64,000 nucleotides of DNA from a virus. The notes under the pieces are model-generated. The model saw nothing but the letters and a program-made list of their open reading frames with translations, did no database searches and was not told the DNA's origin. The DNA is taken from IMG/VR virus record IMGVR_UViG_3300022200_000031, positions 14,848 through 78,847 of that record. One strand, given 5' to 3'. Shown here one piece after another: positions 1-7,507 of the stretch; positions within the stretch are counted from its first letter, which is position 1; each line of letters begins with the position of its first letter. A program made the translations under genes and the position numbers.

Positions 1-2
1 AT

Positions 3-473
3 GAGCCCGTGATGATTATCTCTAATGACAAGGACTTCCTCCAACTTCAGAAGTACTCCAATGTCAGACAATTCTCTCCAATGAAGAAGAAACTAATCGA
101 GGAAAAGAACCCTCATCTGTTCCTACAGGAGCATATCATTAAGGGGGACTCGGGAGATGGTATTCCTAATATCCTATCTTCCGATGATGTGTTTATTACT
201 GATGGGGAGCGCCAGACTCCTGTGCGCCAGAAGTTTGTTGATGAGGTTATTGCTGACCTCGATGATGGTGAGTTGTTGTATGCTGCCTCATGGTATCGTA
301 ATTATCAACGAAACAAACAATTGATCGACCTATCAGAAACTCCTGATGCCATCAAACAAAATATTATAAATACTTACAATGAAACTAAGGTCGCTCATAG
401 ATCAAAACTATTGAATTATTTAATCGCAAAACGCTGCAAGTTATTAATCGAGTCAATCGAGGAGTTCTACTAA
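3..473 (+). CDS. rnh: T4-like RNase H / 5'-3' exonuclease (5'-partial)
   Basis: IISNDKDFLQL and IKGDSGDGIPNI motifs of the T4 RNase H/FEN family; reading frame is open from the window edge. Confidence 0.9.
   Translation, partial: EPVMIISNDKDFLQLQKYSNVRQFSPMKKKLIEEKNPHLFLQEHIIKGDSGDGIPNILSSDDVFITDGERQTPVRQKFVDEVIADLDDGELLYAASWYRNYQRNKQLIDLSETPDAIKQNIINTYNETKVAHRSKLLNYLIAKRCKLLIESIEEFY
365..372 (+). promoter_or_regulatory. T4-type late promoter
   Basis: Exact TATAAATA inside the 3' end of rnh, upstream of the 475 ORF. Confidence 0.55.
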
Positions 474-474
474 T

Positions 475-906
475 ATGGGATTGATGGTACATGAGGTACT
501 AGAGAAGGCTGCTGAGGCAGCTTCCCGCAAGGATAAGATTGCTGTGCTGCAGCGATACAATACACTTGCGTTGCGCGATATCTTGAAGGGATCATTTGAT
601 GATTCTATTCAATTCATCTTACCACCAGGAAAGCCTCCATACAGAGAAGATGATGCACCAGCAGGGTATACAACTTCTTCTCTTCACAACCAGACCAAGA
701 AGTTCCGTTACTTCATTAAGGGTGGTCCTGGTGAGAACCTACCTCCACACAAACGGGAGCGTATGTTCATTGAGATCCTCGAGAGCGTTCATAAGAAGGA
801 AGCTGAACTCGTTCTCATGATGAAGGATAAAAAGCTGGCTGGCGTGTACAAGGGGATAACTAAAAAGCTCGTCCAAGAAGTCTGGCCGAGATTGATTATT
901 TCCTAA
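475..906 (+). CDS. Conserved T4-like phage hypothetical protein
   Basis: 143 aa ORF coupled to rnh; LPPGKPPY...RERMFIEILES pattern familiar from marine T4-like phages. Confidence 0.75.
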   Translation: MGLMVHEVLEKAAEAASRKDKIAVLQRYNTLALRDILKGSFDDSIQFILPPGKPPYREDDAPAGYTTSSLHNQTKKFRYFIKGGPGENLPPHKRERMFIEILESVHKKEAELVLMMKDKKLAGVYKGITKKLVQEVWPRLIIS

Positions 907-963
907 ATAAAGGCATGTATAGATACTTGTCCTCTCAAACACAATCTATCAAATCTCTTTCCT

Positions 964-998
964 AACCAGACCACGCTTGCGTGCGCTCTGGTTTTTTT
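964..998 (+). terminator. Probable intrinsic terminator
   Basis: AACCAGA/TCTGGTT outer stem, CACGC/GCGTG inner stem, followed by a T run. Confidence 0.55.
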
Positions 999-1073
999 AT
1001 GTCCCACTATAATAAGGAGGTGCCGTTGAAGAAAATAAATCGTCCTCAACTAATATTAAAGGGAGATCAAGAG

Positions 1074-1253
1074 ATGACCATGAGTCAGTTAGAACGACTA
1101 AAAAAAGACGAGCGCGAATTGGGTCACTACCTAAAAAGACTTCAGAAAAAAGGTAAGACACGGATTGCGCGAACGATTCAGAAAAAGAAAGAGTTTCTAG
1201 CATCTAGAATTCAAGAGGTAGAGGAGATTTATATACAACGAACGGCAGCATAA
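1074..1253 (+). CDS. Small basic hypothetical protein
   Basis: ATG downstream of a GGGAG SD; in frame with ORF 981..1253. Confidence 0.6.
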   Translation: MTMSQLERLKKDERELGHYLKRLQKKGKTRIARTIQKKKEFLASRIQEVEEIYIQRTAA

Positions 1254-1259
1254 ATAAAG

Positions 1260-1288
1260 TTGACTTTGAGGTGAAGTTGTATTATAAT
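1260..1288 (+). promoter_or_regulatory. sigma70-type early promoter
   Basis: TTGACT-17 nt-TATAAT. Confidence 0.8.
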
Positions 1289-1313
1289 AAGCGAAATTAA
1301 CACTGGATAGAAT

Positions 1314-1568
1314 ATGCCACTATACAATTACAAATGCACTAAGTGCGATCATACTTTCGAGCAAGTACATAAGATGGATGATCGCAAGATCCCAGAAAAC
1401 GAACCATGCCCCGCTTGCGGGGCAGAAGGTTCTATCCGCCAACAAATAGGAACTCCTGGCTTTATATCAGATTCAAAGAGTCCTCTAACCAGAGCAGGTT
1501 CTGGATGGAAGGATGTTCTGAAGAGAGTTAAATCAGGTTCAGGAAGAGTTAACTCAATCCATGACTAA
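1314..1568 (+). CDS. FmdB-family zinc-ribbon protein
   Basis: MPLYNYKCxxC...CPAC motif. Confidence 0.85.
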   Translation: MPLYNYKCTKCDHTFEQVHKMDDRKIPENEPCPACGAEGSIRQQIGTPGFISDSKSPLTRAGSGWKDVLKRVKSGSGRVNSIHD

Positions 1569-2235
1569 AAGATTACGCCTTGATGACCTGCGGGTCATTG
1601 AACCGATCACTGCCTCCCAAGAAGAGGTATTCAAATCCTGGGAATCGGGAAACAATCTAATACTAAGTGGTTCTGCTGGTTCAGGTAAGACATTCTTGGC
1701 AATGTCCCTGGCACTAGAGGATGCAATGAAAAGTGACACACCGATTGAGAATGTCACTATTGTTAGATCAGCAGTCCCCACTCGCGATGTTGGATTTTTA
1801 CCAGGAACCATGGAAGAGAAGGAAGCGGCCTACCTTGCTCCGTACATTGCAATCACAACCGAGTTGTTTGAAGATAAGGAAGCGTGGCAGAAGCTGTGTG
1901 CGCAGGGGATGGTTGACTTCCTCACTACCTCATACATCAGAGGTATTACAATCCAGGATAGTGTGGTTATCATTGATGAGATGCAGAACCTCACATTCCA
2001 TGAATTAGATTCGGTCATCACACGATTGGGTAACAATTGCAGACTCATATTGTGTGGTGACTATTACCAGTCCGACTTCCATAAGGATGGGGACAAGAAG
2101 GGGATTCTAAAGTTCATTAACATTATAGAATCCATGAAGCGGTTCGACCATGTAGAGTTTACATGGGAGGACATTGTAAGATCAGGTCTCGTACGAGACT
2201 ATATTATGACAAAGGAAATGATGAGAAATGGCTAA
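1561..2235 (+). CDS. phoH: PhoH-family ATPase
   Basis: GSAGSGKT Walker A, GFLPG, IIDEMQN and CGDYYQSD motifs. Confidence 0.93.
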   Translation: MTKRLRLDDLRVIEPITASQEEVFKSWESGNNLILSGSAGSGKTFLAMSLALEDAMKSDTPIENVTIVRSAVPTRDVGFLPGTMEEKEAAYLAPYIAITTELFEDKEAWQKLCAQGMVDFLTTSYIRGITIQDSVVIIDEMQNLTFHELDSVITRLGNNCRLILCGDYYQSDFHKDGDKKGILKFINIIESMKRFDHVEFTWEDIVRSGLVRDYIMTKEMMRNG

Positions 2236-2377
2236 GTACACTCGTTTTGATCCCAAGAACAAAAGAGCGCGCAAGGACAAATTCAAATCACAAAACTTGG
2301 GTAAGAAGATGCATGATCCTTCCACAAGGAAGCGATCAAGAGATTGGGTTGATTATGATGCAGAGAAGGATGTTTGA
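2228..2377 (+). CDS. Small basic hypothetical protein (MAKYTRFDPKNK..., 49 aa)
   Basis: Translated by hand; overlaps the phoH stop and the exonuclease start; below the ORF-track size cutoff. Confidence 0.6.
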   Translation: MAKYTRFDPKNKRARKDKFKSQNLGKKMHDPSTRKRSRDWVDYDAEKDV

Positions 2378-3035
2378 GCATGTTGATGTTGATTTAGGTT
2401 ATAACGATCTATCAGCTAAGACAACCGAACAGGGTAGGCGGTATGTAACGCCAGAGGGAAACAAGTATCCCTCCGTCACAACTGTTGTTTCAATCCTCAC
2501 CGAACACCATATCCGTGAATGGCGGAATCGTGTTGGTGAGGAAGAAGCTAACCGTATATCCAGACATGCAAGTGCCAGAGGCACAAAAGTTCATGATGTA
2601 CTTGAGAGGTATTTAAAAAATGATGAAGACTATTTGGATAAATGCAATCCGGTTGTTGTTTCTAATGTTAACTCTGTTGTACCTGTTCTCAATGAACATA
2701 TAGGGAAGGTGTATGCACAGGAATTTGCTTTATACTCTGATCATCTTGGCCTTGCTGGCCGCGTGGACTGCATTGCAGAATGGGATGGTCGGCTGGCAGT
2801 AATTGACTTCAAGACTGCCAAGAAACATAAGAAGAAGGAATGGATTGAAAACTACTTCATCCAGGAATCTGCTTATGCAATCATGTGGGAGGAACGAACG
2901 GGGGTACCTATCGTTGATCTCGTGACTGTGATTGCTGTTGATTATGATGAGCCCCAGGTGTTTATTGAACACAGGGACAATTGGGCTCCTAAATTAATTG
3001 AGACAATAAATGAATACAAACAACGAAAAGGCTAA
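2370..3035 (+). CDS. PD-(D/E)XK exonuclease (Cas4-like phage exonuclease)
   Basis: YPSVTTV, RGTKVH, AGRVDC, IDFKT and YFIQxxAY motifs; start trimmed to MFEHV. Confidence 0.85.
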   Translation: MFEHVDVDLGYNDLSAKTTEQGRRYVTPEGNKYPSVTTVVSILTEHHIREWRNRVGEEEANRISRHASARGTKVHDVLERYLKNDEDYLDKCNPVVVSNVNSVVPVLNEHIGKVYAQEFALYSDHLGLAGRVDCIAEWDGRLAVIDFKTAKKHKKKEWIENYFIQESAYAIMWEERTGVPIVDLVTVIAVDYDEPQVFIEHRDNWAPKLIETINEYKQRKG

Positions 3036-3174
3036 AGAAGCCTGGGATAATATAAACTCTTGCTGCCAGACATTATGTCATAAGGATCCAGTGATTGACT
3101 ATATTAAATATCTTGAACAACGAATTGAGGAGCTTGAAAATGGATCTACTGTCAGAACTGAACAAACAGGGTAA
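3010..3174 (+). CDS. Small hypothetical protein (54 aa)
   Basis: Translated by hand (MNTNNEKAKEAW...); fills the gap between the exonuclease and ClpP-like genes. Confidence 0.45.
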   Translation: MNTNNEKAKEAWDNINSCCQTLCHKDPVIDYIKYLEQRIEELENGSTVRTEQTG

Positions 3175-3718
3175 TAACTATTACGCCAATCGTCCTCTGG
3201 GCAACCTTCATGAGTTTTATCTTACTGGAGATATCAAAGAAGCGGAACACTACACAGAGTGGTTTGATCATATTCGCCGAGCACAACAAACAGATATTGT
3301 AAAAGTTTATATTAATTCATTCGGCGGAGATCTATTCACTGCAATCCAGTTTATGCGAGTAATGGGTGAATCTCAAGCAACAGTAATTTGTTCTGTTGAG
3401 GGAGCTTGTATGTCCGCAGCGACAATGATATTCTTATGTGCTGATGCATTTGAAATATCAGAACATTCTATGTTTATGTTCCATAATTATTCTGGTGGGG
3501 CATTTGGTAAAGGTGGGGAAATGATCGACCAATTAAATCATGAAAGAGAATGGTCGGAAAAACTATTAACTGGTGTTTATGAAGATTTCTTAACTAAAAA
3601 AGAAATTGATTCTATTCTAGATAATAAAGATATTTGGATGGATGGAGATGAAGTAGTTAATCGTTTAGAGAAAAAAGCGAAAAAAGTAAAAAGGAGTAAT
3701 AAAAATGGCGAAGGGTAA
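3140..3718 (+). CDS. ClpP-like (S14) protease
   Basis: YINSFGGD, GACMSAAT (catalytic Ser) and MFH (catalytic His); GAGGAG SD upstream. Confidence 0.85.
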   Translation: MDLLSELNKQGNNYYANRPLGNLHEFYLTGDIKEAEHYTEWFDHIRRAQQTDIVKVYINSFGGDLFTAIQFMRVMGESQATVICSVEGACMSAATMIFLCADAFEISEHSMFMFHNYSGGAFGKGGEMIDQLNHEREWSEKLLTGVYEDFLTKKEIDSILDNKDIWMDGDEVVNRLEKKAKKVKRSNKNGEG

Positions 3719-3854
3719 ATCAGGTTCAGGTATTGCATGGCATCCGGAAAAGCATAAAAAAGTAACTTCTATTGGTAATTCTCGATTTACGAGATATAAT
3801 TCCAAGAATCATAAGAAACTTGGTAAAAAGATGTATCGCGGTCAGGGCCGCTAA
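3705..3854 (+). CDS. Small highly basic peptide ending ...YRGQGR (49 aa)
   Basis: AGGAG SD then ATG; the YRGQG terminus is familiar from marine T4-like phages. Confidence 0.7.
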   Translation: MAKGKSGSGIAWHPEKHKKVTSIGNSRFTRYNSKNHKKLGKKMYRGQGR

Positions 3855-3900
3855 CTCCTTGATTTTTGGTCCCCCCGAATCAGGGGGTTACCAAATTCTA

Positions 3901-3967
3901 TTCCCGATCGGGAAGATTTTCCGGATTTTTGATGGATTTCGGCTAGAATCTTCCCGATCGGGAAGAT
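3901..3967. repeat. Two copies of the palindrome TTCCCGATCGGGAA, 50 bp apart
   Basis: Copies at 3901-3914 and 3951-3964; the second extends to a 20 bp palindrome at 3948-3967. Confidence 0.9.
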
Positions 3968-4030
3968 AATTTTCGATCAAATCCAGTGATGATCGATCAA
4001 AAATTGGAATCAAAAAACCAAAAATAATGG

Positions 4031-4077
4031 TTGTCTTTTTCTCAGAATGAGGGATAATGACCCTGTCAATTGAGAGA
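4031..4077 (+). promoter_or_regulatory. Early promoter cassette, copy 1
   Basis: TTGTCT-16 nt-GATAAT with upstream A-tracts; 24 bp identical to 8038-8061. Confidence 0.7.
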
Positions 4078-4087
4078 GGACATCGTT

Positions 4088-4441
4088 ATGAAATATGTGA
4101 ATTTTGTTACCACTGATGCTGAATTCAAGGGTGCTGTTGTTAAGCAGACCAAGACTCACATCAGTATTGATATTGGTAATGGCATCGCTACCCTCCCACT
4201 CGAGGAAGGTACTATCCAAAAAGCACGCGCTCCACGAGCAAAGAAAGCTAATGCCGTGAAGACGGTTCGTGTTCCGCGTGTACGCACTTCTGGTCCTTCT
4301 AAGAAGGATGAGGCAATCAAGATCTACCGTGACAATGTAGATGCTGGTAAAGCTGTGATCATCGATATGTTCATGGCTAACCTTGGTATGTCTAAGGCTG
4401 GTGCTACTACTTACTTCTACAACTGCAAGAAAGCTATTTAA
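4088..4441 (+). CDS. Early hypothetical protein, possible C-terminal DNA-binding helical domain
   Basis: SD GAGGA; basic linker followed by LGMSKAGATTYFYN. Confidence 0.7.
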   Translation: MKYVNFVTTDAEFKGAVVKQTKTHISIDIGNGIATLPLEEGTIQKARAPRAKKANAVKTVRVPRVRTSGPSKKDEAIKIYRDNVDAGKAVIIDMFMANLGMSKAGATTYFYNCKKAI

Positions 4442-4461
4442 TTATAAAAAGGAGAGAGATT

Positions 4462-4650
4462 ATGATTACAACTTATTATCCCGTAAAGGTCAAATTGAAA
4501 GTAGCTGACCGTCGTTACAAAACTGGCTATCGTGTCGACACTACTTCAGTGTACGCACACTATAATCATCCGGGTCGATTCCATCCGGATCTGAATAAGG
4601 ACATTGCCTGCATCGCAGCAACTTCTGGTAACATTTTGGAGCTTGTATAA
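4462..4650 (+). CDS. Hypothetical protein
   Basis: AGGAG SD, ATG start. Confidence 0.6.
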   Translation: MITTYYPVKVKLKVADRRYKTGYRVDTTSVYAHYNHPGRFHPDLNKDIACIAATSGNILELV

Positions 4651-4832
4651 TGACTGTCGATAAACTGATTGCGTCCCTGTCTCTGGAACAGCTGGACGAA
4701 CTGGCAACTACTTTGGTCTGGCAACATGAAGGTGTTGCTGAGAAGCTGCATGACTATATTGGCTATGCTCAGCAGGACAAACATCTTGTTGCGATGGAAG
4801 AAGACCGTCAGCGTTGGAGTGAATATCAATGA
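4650..4832 (+). CDS. Hypothetical protein
   Basis: Coupled to the previous gene by a TAATG overlap. Confidence 0.6.
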   Translation: MTVDKLIASLSLEQLDELATTLVWQHEGVAEKLHDYIGYAQQDKHLVAMEEDRQRWSEYQ

Positions 4833-5026
4833 AAGCATTACTTGAAACAACTGATTGGTCTAAGGCGGAATGTAATGTTCCAAACCATACCTATTATCTG
4901 AACGATGATGGTAAGCTGATAGCATACAAGAAGCGTGGCACTGACGAGGTGATTACTTTCAAGAAGCCAAGGATGTTTGATCGTCGATATCGGACTTTCA
5001 AGACTGTTGACTTTGATCTCTTTTAG
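4829..5026 (+). CDS. Hypothetical protein
   Basis: ATGA overlap, GGAG SD. Confidence 0.65.
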   Translation: MKALLETTDWSKAECNVPNHTYYLNDDGKLIAYKKRGTDEVITFKKPRMFDRRYRTFKTVDFDLF

Positions 5027-5035
5027 GAGTATAAT
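5007..5035 (+). promoter_or_regulatory. sigma70-type early promoter
   Basis: TTGACT-17 nt-TATAAT. Confidence 0.75.
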
Positions 5036-5036
5036 A

Positions 5037-5348
5037 ATGTCCATGGATCACACACAAGAACTTTTGACTATTACAATGGAAGAGTGCGGCGAGGTTATTC
5101 AGGCCGCCTCCAAAGTAATTCGTTTCGGAGTCTCACATGACAATCTTCTTCATCTGGAGAAAGAAGTCGGTGACCTCTTTCAGATGTTTGATTTGATGCA
5201 TGAGTATGATATGATCTCATGGACCAATGTTGAGCGATTCTCTCAGGCTAAGCGTGAGAAGTTGCGTAGGTACTCCAAGCTGGTTGATCCAGATGGAGAT
5301 GCTTTTGTGGAAGAGTTTGGTGAGCAATTGGAGCTTGATTTAAAATGA
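5037..5348 (+). CDS. MazG-like NTP pyrophosphohydrolase-fold protein
   Basis: EECGEVIQAASK...LEKEVGDL acidic motif of all-alpha NTP-PPases. Confidence 0.7.
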   Translation: MSMDHTQELLTITMEECGEVIQAASKVIRFGVSHDNLLHLEKEVGDLFQMFDLMHEYDMISWTNVERFSQAKREKLRRYSKLVDPDGDAFVEEFGEQLELDLK

Positions 5349-5488
5349 GCAAAACATTTATTGTGATTACTGGCATCCTTTACACCTATGTGTTCGTGGA
5401 CCAATTTGTTAAAGGTAATCATGCTATGGGTATTGCGTATATGGGATACGCGTTTGCTAACATTGGTTTATGGATGGAAGTAGTATGA
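5345..5488 (+). CDS. Small membrane protein (47 aa)
   Basis: Translated by hand (MSKTFIVITGILY...); two hydrophobic segments; ATGA coupling. Confidence 0.6.
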   Translation: MSKTFIVITGILYTYVFVDQFVKGNHAMGIAYMGYAFANIGLWMEVV

Positions 5489-5649
5489 ACGAAATTATTT
5501 CAGCAAAAGATGCTATCATTGCAATCTTTGCCACCGGTGCAGCCATCGGTATGGGCATTGGTGTAATCTGGGCATTCATTTCAGTTTTTGGCAGGGCCGC
5601 TCCTATTATTGCGATCCTTGCCTTCACAGCATTCTTATACTCAATGTAA
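5485..5649 (+). CDS. Small membrane protein (54 aa)
   Basis: Translated by hand (MNEIISAKDAIIAIF...); hydrophobic; ATGA coupling. Confidence 0.6.
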   Translation: MNEIISAKDAIIAIFATGAAIGMGIGVIWAFISVFGRAAPIIAILAFTAFLYSM

Positions 5650-5709
5650 TGGGTATAGAATAACCGTGTCATGGTGACACATTTGTTTAATGAAAAAGGA
5701 GACTATATT

Positions 5710-5979
5710 ATGTCAACATTTGTAAGTAAGAAGGCTAAGGCTATTGATTTGATGGTAAACAAGGGCCTTGCATTGACCGAAGGTGAACTTGCTAACCGCC
5801 TTAACACCTCTGCTGCAGGTGCTCGTGGTGTAATCCGTCAGGTTCGTGCTGAAGGTTATGCTGTGTACAAGAACAAAGGTACTAAGGATGCGCAGGGTCG
5901 CACTCGTGCTGCTCGTTACCGTGTAGGCGCTCCAACCAAGGCGATGGTTGCTGCATACTACGCTGTGTTCGGTGCATAA
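5710..5979 (+). CDS. Winged-HTH-like DNA-binding protein
   Basis: AGGAG SD; LTEGELANRL...IRQVRAEGYAVY...YRVG pattern. Confidence 0.7.
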   Translation: MSTFVSKKAKAIDLMVNKGLALTEGELANRLNTSAAGARGVIRQVRAEGYAVYKNKGTKDAQGRTRAARYRVGAPTKAMVAAYYAVFGA

Positions 5980-5989
5980 GTAAATGCCT

Positions 5990-6010
5990 GCCCCCCTCGG
6001 GGGGCCTTTT
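5990..6010 (+). terminator. GC hairpin plus T run immediately before tRNA-Arg
   Basis: GCCCCCC/GGGGGGC stem followed by CTTTT. Confidence 0.55.
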
Positions 6011-6087
6011 GTCCCCGTAGCTCAACTGGATAGAGCACCGACCTTCTAAGTCGGTGGTTGCAAGTTCGAGTCTTGCCGGGGGCGCCA
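6011..6087 (+). tRNA. tRNA-Arg(UCU)
   Basis: Cloverleaf, anticodon loop CTTCTAA, GTTCGAG T-loop, encoded CCA. Confidence 0.95.
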
Positions 6088-6103
6088 TTATAAGTATATA
6101 CTT

Positions 6104-6179
6104 GCCGGTTTAGCACAGTTGGTAGTGCAACTGCCTTGTAAGCAGTAGGTCCGCGGTTCGAGTCCGTGAACCGGCACCA
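6104..6179 (+). tRNA. tRNA-Thr(UGU)
   Basis: Cloverleaf, anticodon loop CTTGTAA, encoded CCA. Confidence 0.95.
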
Positions 6180-6256
6180 CGGGGATTAGCTCAGCCTGGT
6201 AGAGCATCTGGTTTGGGACCAGAGGGTCGTAGGTTCGAATCCTGCATCCCCGACCA
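6180..6256 (+). tRNA. tRNA-Pro(UGG)
   Basis: Cloverleaf, anticodon loop TTTGGGA, encoded CCA. Confidence 0.95.
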
Positions 6257-6287
6257 ATTCGATCATCCGCGATTGGATGATAGGCAA

Positions 6288-6431
6288 GGGGCTCTAGCTG
6301 ATCGGGGTTCCGAGCTGATGGTGAATCGACACCATAGTTGATCAGATATACCTATGTTGGCTGTCGGCATAGGATGAATTCAAATCTCTTCGTTCCTTTA
6401 AGGCGAAACTGCGTGGAGATAGGGCAGCCCA
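6288..6431 (+). ncRNA. Putative structured ncRNA A
   Basis: GGGCT/AGCCC closing stem with three internal hairpins; ends in CCA. Confidence 0.5.
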
Positions 6432-6470
6432 TTTTACAGAGCACATTATAACAACTTTCGTGTGTTCTCT

Positions 6471-6577
6471 AAAGTGCGTTGGACTTGCTGGATAGGCATT
6501 AAGTTGTCGAAGGTGTGAAGCAGAATCTGATTCTGTGGACTGGTCTCTTTTGAGATTGCCTGAAACCAGCGCACTTT
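6471..6577 (+). ncRNA. Putative structured ncRNA B
   Basis: 12 bp closing stem AAAGTGCGTTGG/CCAGCGCACTTT with internal stems. Confidence 0.5.
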
Positions 6578-6591
6578 ATTATTAGTTACCT

Positions 6592-6689
6592 GTTTTTGGT
6601 GATGTCAGGTCTGTCGCCAGCAAGCACTATTAGCCACGATTCAGTTGCGTATGGAATAGTGCCCAAGAGCGAGATGCAGATAAAAACCA
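6592..6689 (+). ncRNA. Putative structured ncRNA C
   Basis: Hairpins TGGTGATG/TGTCGCCA and GCACTATT/AATAGTGC; GTTTTT/AAAAAC closure; ends in CCA. Confidence 0.45.
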
Positions 6690-6701
6690 TTTTAGATTTT
6701 T

Positions 6702-6776
6702 GCGGAAGTAACTCAATGGTAGAGTTTCTGCCTTCCAAGCAGAATGTTGCGAGTTCGAGTCTCGTCTTCCGCTCCA
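6702..6776 (+). tRNA. tRNA-Gly(UCC)
   Basis: Cloverleaf, anticodon loop CTTCCAA, encoded CCA. Confidence 0.95.
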
Positions 6777-6778
6777 CA

Positions 6779-6852
6779 CAGTCCCGGAATGACTCTAAAC
6801 TTGACCTGGTCGGAGCGAGCCCTGCATCCAGCTCAAGATGTAAAACTGAGCC
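6779..6852 (+). ncRNA. Possible minimal manA-like RNA motif
   Basis: AGTC-ccggaat-GACT hairpin followed by aaacttgacctggtcgg...gcgagcc; resemblance recalled from memory, not searched. Confidence 0.35.
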
Positions 6853-6862
6853 CTTTAACAAT

Positions 6863-6937
6863 GTCGTGATAGTGTAATTGGCAGCACAATAGTCTCCAAA
6901 ACTATTAGTTGAGGTTCGAATCCTTGTCGCGGCGCCA
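6863..6937 (+). tRNA. tRNA-Trp(CCA)
   Basis: Cloverleaf, anticodon loop CTCCAAA, acceptor stem with two G-U pairs, encoded CCA. Confidence 0.9.
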
Positions 6938-6950
6938 TACAGGAGTTGAT

Positions 6951-7094
6951 ATGGAATATCTTGACTTGCAGGTGATTGCCTTAAATCGTAAGTTGGTATT
7001 AAATGAAATACGAAAACTTATAGATAAGCGTGTTGCAGGATATGCAGAATTGATTGAAGCTATTGATAAGGAGTTGAAGAAAGCAAATGCTTGA
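6951..7094 (+). CDS. Hypothetical protein
   Basis: AGGAG SD then ATG. Confidence 0.55.
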   Translation: MEYLDLQVIALNRKLVLNEIRKLIDKRVAGYAELIEAIDKELKKANA

Positions 7095-7272
7095 GCACAT
7101 TGGTACTGTACGGAATCATTTATTTTATATCAACACTAAATACGGTACATACGCTGTCTACAAAGATGGTAAGTGCATAGCCAACCCTTCAACAATAGAA
7201 AGACTGTTTGACATCATGTCATCGGTTGGCAGAACAAGAAGACCTAACAACGAGAACTACGATGAGCTTTGA
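7087..7272 (+). CDS. Hypothetical protein
   Basis: Overlap-coupled ORF. Confidence 0.5.
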   Translation: MLEHIGTVRNHLFYINTKYGTYAVYKDGKCIANPSTIERLFDIMSSVGRTRRPNNENYDEL

Positions 7273-7507
7273 TTTCGATTTTGGCTTTACAGCTGTAGAT
7301 GAAGATGAACTGGAGGTAGCCCAGCAAGCGGTTGCTGCATCTCAAACTGCTTCTGATACTGCTGATAAACTTAACAACCTATATAATGCAATTCTTCCAT
7401 TGCTTTCAAACCTGAAGAAGAATCCAGAAAAGGATTATATCTTTTGGCCTAACCGTGTTGCAAAAGTAGAAGAGTTTGAGGAGTACATTGCAAGCATAAT
7501 CAAATGA
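7262..7507 (+). CDS. Conserved T4-like hypothetical protein (FDFGFTAVDEDEL)
   Basis: Motif familiar from marine T4-like phages; NLKKNPEKDYIFWPNR. Confidence 0.75.
   Translation: MSFDFDFGFTAVDEDELEVAQQAVAASQTASDTADKLNNLYNAILPLLSNLKKNPEKDYIFWPNRVAKVEEFEEYIASIIK

Noticed and set aside
3901-3967. Possible mini-CRISPR array (repeat, 36 nt spacer, repeat)
   Set aside because: Only two short repeats of 14-17 bp and no cas genes; the Cas4-like exonuclease is a standard T4-like gene
3772-3969. ORF-track 65 aa ORF
   Set aside because: It overlaps the better-supported 3705-3854 peptide and the palindromic regulatory region, and has no SD
6471-6577. Hammerhead ribozyme
   Set aside because: GAAA is present, but there is no CUGANGA core in the required position
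5882-6877. ORFs 5882-6088, 6586-6861 and 6596-6877
   Set aside because: They overlap clear tRNA genes and are translation artefacts
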